A stretch of DNA of 20,000 nt from Perkinsus olseni (lineage: Eukaryota): positions 47,104 through 67,103 of the forward strand of contig JABANN010000125.1 of NCBI GenBank assembly GCA_013115125.1. The letters are read 5' to 3'. Below are positions 1-10,369 of the stretch, piece by piece. How positions within the stretch are numbered: position 1 is the stretch's first letter; each line of letters begins with the position of its first letter. The notes under the pieces were generated by a model. The model was not told where the DNA came from. It saw only the letters and a program-made list of their open reading frames with translations, and did not search any database. Position numbers and translations under genes: made by a program.

Positions 1-1392
1 TCCGCGGCCGTTTCAACCGGTAGGAGCGGGCGTGAGGCTTCCAGTATATTATTGCCCGATGGCTGCGTGAATCTCCTATGACTCAAGTTCCGTACTCCAT
101 CGTTCTCTCAATCTCTGTTGCTTGGAAGACAATTAACTTTGGCAGTTGAAGGAGAAGTAGACTGCTTTAGGGAGCAGTATCTCTTCTGTATTCCTCCTGA
201 TCCCTCAGCAGTATGGTAGCCGTGGTGGGTCCTGCTATGGCAGCAGCACGGTCCAATACAGTCGCCTTCGTCTTGTGCGGCTCAGGCTGGGTGTGGACTT
301 CGGTAGTCAAACAGAATAGCTCCTAGCTGCAGCTCTGGATTTCTGACTAGGCTCTAGTCTACCCCTCGCGAGATGATCGTGATTCAGATACCTTAGTCGG
401 CGAGGCTGCTCGGATGGTCCAGTGAGTACAAGTGAGGTTGTCTCCCTTCTCAAGCAGATCGTCCGACAGGGAACACGACTGGCATGGGACGCTATGGAGA
501 ACTGGCAGGTAGGCGCGGCTGACAAGCCGCTGCAGTTTATCTATACGAAGCTTCGCCGGACTCGAGCTGGTCCTTACAAATTGACTGTCCTGCTTTAGGC
601 ATTCTGTCGGTACCTCATCCGAGGGGTCCAGTCGGCCGTGAAGGGCGCGCTTCGAGACCGGCGAACGGGCAAGGTGGTGGCGAAACCTGCGAGCGTTGAA
701 GAGATACCTTGGAAGGATATTGCGCCATGCTGGAACCCAAAGGGAATGAGAGGCGTCTTCACAGGGACCATCATGCCGTTGTAGGAAGGGTTACTTCCGC
801 CGACAGAGTGACCGTCTGATTGAGAAGCCTTATCTTTGGGCACACTGGACGCCCTGTCATGGACTCTCACTTCAGGCTTGGTGAGGATGTCGATGGTATG
901 CCCCTTGATGCCCTTGTGAAGCGTCTGTGGGCAGCCTGGGAGCTTCCTCGGAAGGACAACGGTGACGAAGCGAGGGCGTATACCGACTGTGAGAAAGCTG
1001 TTAAGGTGAGAGGTTCATCATGTCTGATAGGCGCGCTCCGACTATAATCTCCTCTGAGATCATCGGCGCCGTGCATGTTCCATCAGATTACTCTGTCTCT
1101 CAGGACTATCTACTCTCCCTAGCGTCTAAGGCGGACCCCACGGTCAAGGTAGTCTGTCAGGAGCGCATCTCCAGTCAATTACCCTTGGACGGTTGAATGT
1201 CAGGAGCGGCTGAGAAAGAAGGCGGCGGCACGCACTGCAGAGGAGGACGCTGTCCGGACCAGTCAAGCTTCGAAGAGACGGTAGCAGACACGTTCGGGTA
1301 CATGGCGTTTTTCCTTCTGATTTCTCGGCGATCCCTGCGACTTGCATATACATAACCCCTGTCATATTACAAGTGAAATCGCTGAAAAGTGA
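1..1392 (+). CDS. 3' part of a multi-exon hypothetical protein gene (runs in from the left edge; exon boundaries approximate)
   Basis: Coding-like blocks bounded by AG/GT sites, e.g. tttag|AFCRYLIRGVQSAVKGALRDRRTGKVVAKPASVEEIPWKDIAPCW (~599-735), ...DALVKRLWAAWELPRKDNGDEARAYTDCEKAVK|gtgag (~1005), cag|DYLLSLASKADPTVK|gtag (~1104-1148) and cag|ERLRKKAAARTAEEDAVRTSQASKR (~1204-1280). The likely stop is TGA 1390-1392; an alternative last exon ends at TAA 1498-1500. No family recognised. Confidence 0.5.
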
Positions 1393-1764
1393 ACCTAGCT
1401 CGCCCTCGCGAAGATAGGGAGAACTGCGATGGGATGGGAGTCAGTGGATGATGAGTGTATTTGGAGACTTCAGGTTCACGGATTTACTGAAGAGAAGTAA
1501 GCATCCCTCTAAACGTCCGAGACTGCTGCATTAGTACTCACAACGTATCAGCTTGTTGTTTTCTAGCTGCTCCCATTATTACATTATAACTCTATTGTCA
1601 CACTACCTTACTGTTATTACTTCAACGTGTCACCAGGGTCCGTGAGTCTGCTGAGTTCAGTAGACTCCAATGGCGATGCTGTCTGCGGGGTTCCTCCGGG
1701 GTGTTTACCTTGCTAGCCTCGGTCCTATCCAGATTTGAGCGTTACAGCCTTGCGAGCCAGGAGC

Positions 1765-4700
1765 ATGGCCAGCGTTCCCCTGCATCGCCCTCCCGTCTCC
1801 CGCGGTCCTGGCGGTTTTGGAAGTGCCAATGTCGAGTACGATTCACTGCCATGTGAAGTTGATGGCGCCCTGAGTAAGTCGTTATCTCGGATGTCTGGGT
1901 GGGATCATTGGGATCATCCGCAGGAGTAATAGAGGCTGGCGCGGCGATGGACGACACAGCGGGAGACATGCAGTCGCTCCTGCTGGACGGTGGCGGTGGT
2001 TCTATCACTGGAAGTAGCTTTTCGGGGTCCGTGGATGTGAAGAGAGAGTTTCTTCCATCAGCTTCAACCTACACGGTCTTTGGTGATTACTCGAGGCCGC
2101 CAGCCCTCACTGAAGATACCCAGGAGCTGCACCAGTACGTATCCGCTGGGGAGTCCTGGGCTACTCCGGAGTGCGAGGCGGATGGAGAGTGGGAACGGAT
2201 GGGCGTTATAAGTATGGCGTAGTTATGGAGAGCTATCAAGCAGGATTTTGGTGGTGCTTAGGCGAGCTCGGACGGCAGTGGAAGTCGAGAGGGTCCACGG
2301 TTGTTATCTGGGACCCGTTGAAGTGCGGACACGACGTCGTCGAGTACGTTGACGGAAGGGTTGCTCGCCTTATCATCGCTCACCCGGTGGCAGGTTCAAA
2401 GTGTCTGACGACTCTGATGACTCGGTTACTGCTCTTTGTGTGACGGAGTGGAGGGACTCTGCGGCGGCAGCAGCAGGCAACAGCAGTCTGCAGCATGGCC
2501 GTCATGCACGGAGGTGGATCATGGCGGCTTCGACTGGTATGAGTGGGGAAGCTGGGTTGGGGCCACTTAGTTGTGGTGCAGTTACTTCGGTCTACTTGCT
2601 GGTTCTGAGCGTCTCGGACGCGGCCCAGTCTTTGCAGCCTCCTGTGCGGTACGCGAGTGTTTCCTTGCCTGGTGAAGCTGCTGAAGGTGGGCACCTAAAT
2701 CGACGTCCCATCGTAACCGGTCCCAATCAGGCGAAGCCAACCGCTTCATCTCTCTTTGTGGTACTCCGACGGGGTCGATCTATGCCGGAGCCTCCGACGG
2801 TAGCGTCTGGGAAGTCGAGTAAGTGAAGCGTGGTAGTCTATGGAAGGGAGGTGGCCCATCTTCCCTTAGGTATGTGACAGAGTCCGAGTTGTGGCGAGAG
2901 CAGCAGGCGCAGAAAGCTCGGCGGCGTCGACTGCTGTCGGCGTTGGGCGGATCTGGTGGGAGTGGTTTCACTGACCAGAACCGGGCCAAGCTCAAGTGCC
3001 TGCATAGGTAAGCTTGCAGTAGTAGCAGCAGCCGCAGCAGCAGTCCGGTGTCATCGTGTTTGTCACCCTCGTTACCTCAGGCCCTTCTCCTCTCATCTGC
3101 CTGGCATGTTCCGAAGTGTAGCCTCGAAGATAGTCAGCTTATCAGGTGACGCCAAGGCCCTTCTCTCACTGTTACAGCATCACCGGTATAGCGTAGGCCC
3201 AATAGTGCAAGTTGCCTTTGACCCGACCCGCTCGTTGTTGTACGCCCTCGGCTCCTCGTCGACTGATGGTGATAGTGGTAGAGACGTCACCGTCCTTCGG
3301 GTAGACCCCAAGGAGGGCTCCGTTCGACATGTTGCAGACATACTCCATAGTACTAGGCCTTCACGACTCGCTGGCGGCGCCGCACGGCTGCTGTTCTTGG
3401 CTGAGCAGGTTCTATACTGAGTGCCCTTCGTAACATGGGGACAGCGGCGTACGGGGGCTCCCGCGTGGCTCGAGCCCGGGCATTCTTCTCGTCCGCCCGG
3501 AAGAATAATGCTGCGGTAAGCAGCGCTACAGTGACCGGTGAAGGTGTCACATTTGGCTGCCTCGACGGCGTCTCTTCCCTTGCGATTGTGGATCGCAATG
3601 ACTATGATGGTGCTCAGGACGTCGTGGGCATCTTCCCCGTTCCATACGGCAAAGGAGGTGACATCTGCCTCTTGGCAGTCCTCAGGGGTGGTACGCGAGT
3701 GTACATGCGCGTCTGGGGCTACGAGGCTCAGAGCTACTCGGGTCTTCACCAACGCCCGCAGTTAGTCGATCCGGCCAAAAGAGTCCCCTCCAGGATAGTT
3801 GTAGGGCTGGTGCGCCCACCGGATAGGTAAGACCATGTCCAGCCTGCCGTGCAGATCATCCCGTGGTAGCAGGTCCCCGGTGCTCTCCCTTCGGTCCTGT
3901 GCTATGACGGAGTCGGGTTCGGTGACGATGCTTGACGGATGTGGCACCGTCGTTGTTGTCACCCCTGACTACTCGGCCCTGGCTCGAAGGTACGCTACCA
4001 CTTCGCTCTGCTTGGTTGGGCATTGCCCGTCTCTTCAGGTGTGCTGGAGGAGCAGGAGCAATAGGTGCCATGCTGGAGGGCTACACTGTTATCGATGGCG
4101 GAGGGGCGGGCCTCACGCATGTGTACGGCAGCTAGGCTTCCTCGTTGTTGTTGGTCAGGCCTTCTGTTGTCGCTCAGGTTCACGCAGGACGGCATTGATA
4201 AGGCTGACCCGAGCATGTCTAATGAGCTCTGCAAGCAGGGGCAGCCTGATGACACGCCGGAGGCGGTCATCCTAGCTGGGTAGCTGTCACTGAAGATCCT
4301 CGCGATAGCTGATCTCCCCGATCTCAGGGCATCTTCCTTCTGTCGGCTACAGATGGTCCGACCAATAGACAGACTATTCCGCATCCTAGCAGCACAGAAC
4401 ATCCACCTTCTCCGCGACTTCGTCACCCGGTAGGCCCCCCCTTCTGTCGCCCTGGGCCACACAGGCCTTCTAGATACACAGCGGTAGAGACGGCTGCCCT
4501 GATATGGCAGTTGTTAGCTACTCATAACCTCAAGAGCGGAGCTGCCAAGGGGCTCTCCCGACGGGACATGTACAAGTCCATGCGCAAGTCCCTTATGGAT
4601 GAGCAATCTTCTTGTTAGGAGCAGTGGTCCGGGTCCTGGTGAAGTTTATGCTGCCCTCACTGGTGGCGGCAGATCAGGCCCGAGCGCCTCGCCGCGGGGA

Positions 4701-6437
4701 TCGTTCTTGGGCCTCACTTCCGGGTAGGCCTCCTCACGCCACATACTTCTACTAGCCATCACTAGCAGGGACCTCTCGGGCGTGCAAGGCTCGCTGGACG
4801 CCTCTGGTATATCCAGCCTTGGCGGTGGGGACTCTCTCTTCGTTGACGGCGAGGATACTGCTGAGGATCGAGGGTCAGTCGTTGCCTCCTTACCGCCCGT
4901 AGTACTGACTACCTTGGTAGGTCTTGGATGGCCCATAAGGCAGCTTGCGTCTCAGCCGCCGAACAGGCTTTGTTTTCTCCCGATATAGCGTCGAAGCTGG
5001 GGTAAGTCTTTGCTGGGTTTCTGTTTTCTATGGCGCTTCTCAGTTTCATTGACCCCTTCAGCAGCTCGGCTGTCGGCGACATCAGCGGCAGTGCAGCTCT
5101 CGGAGGGAACCTCGCTCTCGGGGGCAGGGCACCACAGCGCACTGCCATAGGCTCTCTCTCACAGAGCGTTCGGATGCCCACGGCCGGAACCGCCGTCATT
5201 GACTCGAGCTTGTCGGCGAGGCTGCGGGGCCTCTGCCTCTATATATCGAGGCTTGTCCGGCCCTTCTGGAAGACGCCACTGATGTCCCTCCAGGAGGTGC
5301 CTGTCTCAGGTGGGGTCTCATCACACATCTAGCCCAGAGTGAATAACAGACGGCTGTGTTGCTGTTAGGGGGGACCAAGCGGAGGCGACAGGACGACGAG
5401 GGCCATAGTGGTGACACACAGACCGTGCTGCGGCCCGTCCTCAGTCTACGCCAGCGTCAGAGGGCTAAGCACACAGTCACTGGAGTAAGCGCGGCGCTAA
5501 CCGAATCCTCCTAGGCAATATCTCTTGCAGATAAGTAGGCTCCTGGAGCAGTATTCAGCCGGCCTCTCGGACACGGGAGAGCTGCCCTGCCTGGGCCAGC
5601 TCATTACTCTGATGCAGGTTGCCAGTCAGGTAGGATAGCTCTCGGTTGTCGGTCAAAGTTGATCATTGATGCCGTCGTAGGGGCTCGAACTCCTGCAGCT
5701 GTTGGGCGAAGGTGGCGGGTCGAGGAGAGCTCAGGCTACTGCCGAGCTGAGGAAGCAGCAGGTAGTGGTCCCAGCGGCTCGTCGGCATCCCATCACTACA
5801 CAGACCGACACGCTAATGTCCATGAGAGACATGTACTTCAACACCACCCTGACGAACCCTGAAGTGTGCCGCCCTCTGGTTGCCAGTCTGATTCAACTTG
5901 GTAAGGACAGTCTGCTGTCTCCAGTCGACAACACCGCGTTGCCTAGGTCTTCTGTCTGAGGGTACTGCTCGGAGACGATTCCCGGCGCTAGTCCCTCCAA
6001 TGAGGAGCGACCTGCGACTTACGGTGCCGGAGACGAGCCAGGTACGGCAGCCCATTCCACACACTAGTCATTACTCCATTGCGTGTCTTTCAAGGCTCAA
6101 GCAGCCCTTCCAGATGGTCGAAGCACCAGACGGGACTCGGGGACGATGAATCTCACACCTGCATCGGATTCTCAGCAGGTGACGAATCTTCCCGCGGAGT
6201 ACTCAACCACTCTGTGGGCCTTCAGGGATTCAGTACAAGTTGGGAGAGTATGCCGACCGCGGCCGACCGCTACGTCAAATGGACCGGGGTTAACCCGCCC
6301 GCTACAAGGAATGATGTAGGACTGAAGCTTCCTCAGCTGAGCTGGTGCGGCGGCTCATTGTCGGTCTCGGTCAGGTGCTCGGACGGTCGAAGGGTGCTGC
6401 CAATTCGCTCGACTTGTGGTTGAATAAGTCTCGCTAG
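1765..6437 (+). CDS. NUP155: Nucleoporin Nup155/Nup170-family protein, multi-exon (N-terminal beta-propeller plus start of the helical domain; 3' end approximate)
   Basis: ATG at 1765; the first intron GTAAGT...CAG (1874-1923, 50 nt) joins in frame. Collinear motifs match Nup155 as I recall it: LGELGRQWKSRGSTVVIWD (~2258-2314; cf. FPEIxRAWxTIDxxLFLW), PIVQVAFDPTRSLLYAL (~3199-3249; cf. PILQIAIDNSRNILY), DVVGIFPVPYGKGGDICLLAVLRGGTRVYM (~3618-3707; cf. LLAVTHAGVRLYF), LVRPP (~3807; cf. VRLPP), SARLRGLCLYISRLVRPFW (~5213-5269; cf. SxRHxGLxLYxSRLLRPIW) and MSMRDMYF..EVCRPLVASLIQL (~5816-5899; cf. TFKDL..ELTGALIASLIN). The last coding-like block TEASSAELVRRLIVGLGQVLG...KSR ends at TAG 6435-6437. 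Confidence 0.85.
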
Positions 6438-7964
6438 CATTCGAGCCTGAGTTGATTGCTGCTCTGTTGATTCCCTGTGTTAACTCGCAACCACTGACGT
6501 ACGTTATACCGGTTTATTATCTTCCGTAAGATCTTGCGTTCGTGTCAATTGCCTTCACAACAATAGCGACATAAGACTCGCAGCATTGGATGGCACCGTA
6601 CTGCGGGCCCTCGCTATGCTGCGACTTGACAGAGGATATGTTTCCGGTCGATGACGGATTTGTCGCAGTCATTCATTAGGTTTTCCTTCTGCTGCCTGTC
6701 CTCTTCGTTGCAGCGGGTCGCTCAGCCGAGCTATGTAGCAGCTACATTGTAGCTTTGACCTGTCCTTTTTTTGTGGTTTCGCTAGTGCTCGGTGTTGACA
6801 ACCGTTCCTCCATAGCTCGAAGCTCGTCGTCTACCCAAACCTATCCCCGTATATCTCGTTGGGATGCCCAGTTGGCAGTTGCCTCGAACAGAGGCTTGAT
6901 ACTCGCCTCTGTTGTCCCGTGTTCTCTCGGCGTGCTCAGGTTTGGGCCTGCACGAGAGCTTTTTGCTGGCTTCCGTTCAGCGGATAGACGAGTGCTCCAT
7001 CGAGGTTAAACCCGTGAGATGCAACGCATGTTGCGCGCACAAAGGGACATCTCGAGTCACAAGTATTCAACGCTAACAGGCTAGTGCAAGAGCAACATGC
7101 CTGAGCTCTATTCGATAATCGGTCGAGCAGACTGACGGCTCGCCTGACGTGTTCATTCTTGTAACCGAGTTTTTTGCGAGGTAATTTGTGCCTGTGATCC
7201 GCGACCCTACGAGTTCGGTCTCCGGATGTCCCATTCGCTAGCACCACCGCACAGTGTCGCGCCCGTCGACTCATCATTGCTTCCTGGTGCTGTATCTATA
7301 AATGCCCCCTCCAACGGCAGTAGATGGTGTGATGGACAATTTGCGGCCTTCGTATGCTCTATGCCCACCGTCTTTCTGGCTGGCTCACCCGACAACGGTG
7401 ATGATGTCGGTCAGTCGTTGTGTTTGGCGTGGAAAAGTGGCGCACAAGTTCATGCGTGGAGCTGGCCCGCACAATGTGACGGGATCGATTATGCTGTAGC
7501 GGGAAATATCCCAAACTCGGGAGATTAGACTTTCTCTGCCTCGCATCAGTTACTAATGTCGAGTTGCACTTTACTACCCAACCCCGATTGGCGGGTGTAC
7601 CATAGCCTTCGGCATAGTTTGCCTTCGCTGTCGTCGTGAGCACCCGATTCGCTGGCTGTTGTCTCGAAGTCCTGTGGACCTCACCGGCTCCAGTGAGGTA
7701 CCGTACCTTGCCCTATCTTGGAACCTGAGGTTTTAACCATTTATAGCGTTTTCGCTCGCGGCACGTGGGTTGATCGATGGCAGAAACGCTCGGTATTCCG
7801 GAGAGTCCTTTGTGTTGAGCCTCTAACCTGTCTAGTTGCTTTGAGTTGTAGCTCACTCGTTCGATAAGTGTCGGTAAGTCGGTTGGTCGACAAAAACCAT
7901 CAACTCGAGCGCTCGGTGGCGCAGGTGATGACTACTGCAATATTTAAGGCAGATTCTTTTGGAT

Positions 7965-8171
7965 ATGGCTAGGAAGTATCTCTCAGTGATCGTGATCTTG
8001 TGCTTGTCCCTGTCGTGTGGCGCTGAGCCGCTCCTTGGACATCTGCGTGCTCTAGGCGACCCGAGCTCAACCACCTGTCCGATGCGTCACTGTGGATCTT
8101 GCGAGCCTCAGTGTGAATGTGTCTTCAAGGATGCTCATTGGAACGAGTGTGTATGCGGGTGCCCTTATTGA
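7965..8171 (+). CDS. Small secreted 8-Cys 'CEPQC...CPY' peptide, copy 1 (68 aa)
   Basis: MARKYLSVIVILCLSLSCGA|EPLLGHLRALGDPSSTTCPMRHCGSCEPQCECVFKDAHWNECVCGCPY*. Hydrophobic signal-like N-terminus and 8 Cys in the mature region; paralogous to five other copies in the window. Confidence 0.88.
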   Translation: MARKYLSVIVILCLSLSCGAEPLLGHLRALGDPSSTTCPMRHCGSCEPQCECVFKDAHWNECVCGCPY

Positions 8172-8631
8172 CCGCTTCAGTTCCGTCGGTCGGTCGTTCG
8201 GCATGGTCGCAAGCAGCGGCTTTTCTGCAGCCGAGCGTTTCTTGAACAGTCATTATCAACTTGTGTAGCTCTCTTTCGAATCGGTGGCCTGCTCTTGTCG
8301 TCCGGTGCCCGACGCTTAACAGTTCGGCAGCCATAGTCGCATGGACTGTTATGTCCTCTCCGTGCTTCTACGACGATCGCGTCTCTCGATTGTAAAACGG
8401 TGTCCAACTTGGCAAGACCAAGTCTATTGTAGATGCCACCGCGAGAGGCCGTAGTGGTCCTTGTTGTCTACAGGTTTCGGCATCATCATCCTTAGAAACA
8501 TTTAAATTATCCTGATCGCCTGATTATCCTGATGCGCTCACTCGTGCCAGCACTCGTGAACGCCTCGTGTGCACAGTGGATCAAGAGCAGGGCAGGCGTA
8601 CTGAAATCATCATGGGCAGGTTCTTTTGAGC

Positions 8632-8835
8632 ATGGCGCTAACCTATCTCACTTTGATCAGCTCCCTCGGGTTGCTCGTGTTGTCTGGCGGCGAGCAGTTC
8701 TTTGGGCGCCTTCGAGGCCTCAGCATTCAAGCTCACTGTGATAGATATTATTGTGATCCAACTTGCGAGCCTCAGTGCGATTGCCTCTTCGTAGAAGCTC
8801 CCCATCAAGACTGCTTATGCCAGTGCCCTTACTAA
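8632..8835 (+). CDS. Small secreted 8-Cys 'CEPQC...CPY' peptide, copy 2 (67 aa)
   Basis: MALTYLTLISSLGLLVLSGG|EQFFGRLRGLSIQAHCDRYYCDPTCEPQCDCLFVEAPHQDCLCQCPY*. Start context ggcaggttcttttgagcATG resembles copy 1 (ggcagattcttttggatATG). Confidence 0.88.
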   Translation: MALTYLTLISSLGLLVLSGGEQFFGRLRGLSIQAHCDRYYCDPTCEPQCDCLFVEAPHQDCLCQCPY

Positions 8836-9774
8836 TTGCTACAGTTCTCTTGGTGTATTCGACGTAATTCTCTATTGGACATGTTGCTCTACATCTGCCG
8901 AGTATGGTAATGAATCCGATTTAATCAGATCTTCGTTGATTATCGACTGGAGCAGTCGTCTTTCTATTCGGTTCATCCCATTATTTATCTATTGTCGGCT
9001 AGCTGTTCGACGGTGACACTAATGCCTCCACGGTCATCCGTGTTCCCATGTTGATTCCAATTCTGTTCACGGAGTGTACGTGGCCTAATTCGGCTGGAGC
9101 TATTTTGTTGTACATGCCGTTGTTAGAGCCCGTATAAGTCTCCGTGATGCTTTAGTTTCGTGATGGTTGGCAAGTCTCTGAAACTCGCTCCAACGCGAAG
9201 GTCTGTATAACATTCTTCGGCGCACAGCGCGAGGATTTCTCCTTATCTCCCGAGCGATTTGCGCTGAATGGGAGTTTGAAGGATCTAACTCATAACTTCT
9301 CGAGAGTCGCGAATTCCGCTGGAGGGAAACCCATAGACGCTGAGGTTGGGAGAGGCATACGCGAAACCAGAACCCGAGAGAGGGGACACCAGGTGTCCGA
9401 CACCTCCTCGAGACCGGATTCGCGAATGCAGACCCGGGAGTAGCTAGGGTAAGGAGATTACGTCAAGACCATGAAACTCCAAAACCCCGAGCCACTCCGG
9501 GCCCCCCAACGTCAAGGGAATGGGAGGGATGGGAAAGAGCTATAACACTTCTTTGCACATTCACCAACGCCTCCATATATTACGCCACGACTAGCTCACT
9601 AGCCAGTCATCGGGTGCCACAGCCCGCACAAACTTTCGCGCTCGCCCGAGCCGCACACACAAGCGTGAACCTACTCACTTAGAACCACAGCTAGAGGTTT
9701 CCCCCACAAGAAATCGTTCCGCATTTCTCTACGATAGAAATCGCCTTCCCGAGTGTAGTTCCACTGGGTTGGTC

Positions 9775-9823
9775 GTGTGGAGAGAGTGTGAATGGTAGCC
9801 TACCATTCACACTCTCTCCACAC
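9775..9823. repeat. Perfect 24-bp inverted repeat with 1-nt spacer
   Basis: gtgtggagagagtgtgaatggtag-c-ctaccattcacactctctccacac; the arms are exact reverse complements. Confidence 0.97.
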
Positions 9824-10369
9824 CATTGGTAGGGGAGGCTATCGAAGGGATGAAACCATCAGGGAAGTCTTTTCACGATTTTTTTCATCTCGGACCATCG
9901 CAAGCACGTATGGAGGCTTGTCTTTCCGAACTTACCCGCCTGGGACAATTCTTCGCTGATGCTGATGGGGCAATGACGATGTCGGCCAGCCGATGATGCA
10001 ACTGACTCCGCCTGGGGGCCCCCCTAGGCGATTTCCTCATTGCCAGCACGCTGGTGGCCAACGAGAACTGATTGGCCTACTCAGGCGCGTGCTCGGATGG
10101 CTTGAGGGCGGCACCCTCAGGCCGCAAACTAACTCGTGGTTGGATAGATTTCGGCAGAACCTCGCAGTGAGTTGATTGCCCGTAGGATGATATGAAAAGC
10201 CTAATAGTCCGAAGACCTATCCGAGTGCTTTTTGTTTCCGGGTGTCGACCCGCGGAAGATTAGTCGGGTACCGTGTCCGAGTGGCGAATTCTCACAACTT
10301 ATTTAGTTTTTTGGTGCTCTTTATTTGGTACCGATTTAGAGCACCCCGTCGCGGGGCGCCCCGAAACTG

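Noticed and set aside
1742-6064. Many 60-190 aa minus-strand ORFs overlapping the Nup155 gene
   Set aside because: They are antisense shadows of GC-rich exons with no recognisable motifs, while the + strand explains the region.
6755-7643. Overlapping 60-113 aa ORFs as a gene or as a continuation of Nup155
   Set aside because: No consistent exon chain or recognisable motif in any frame.
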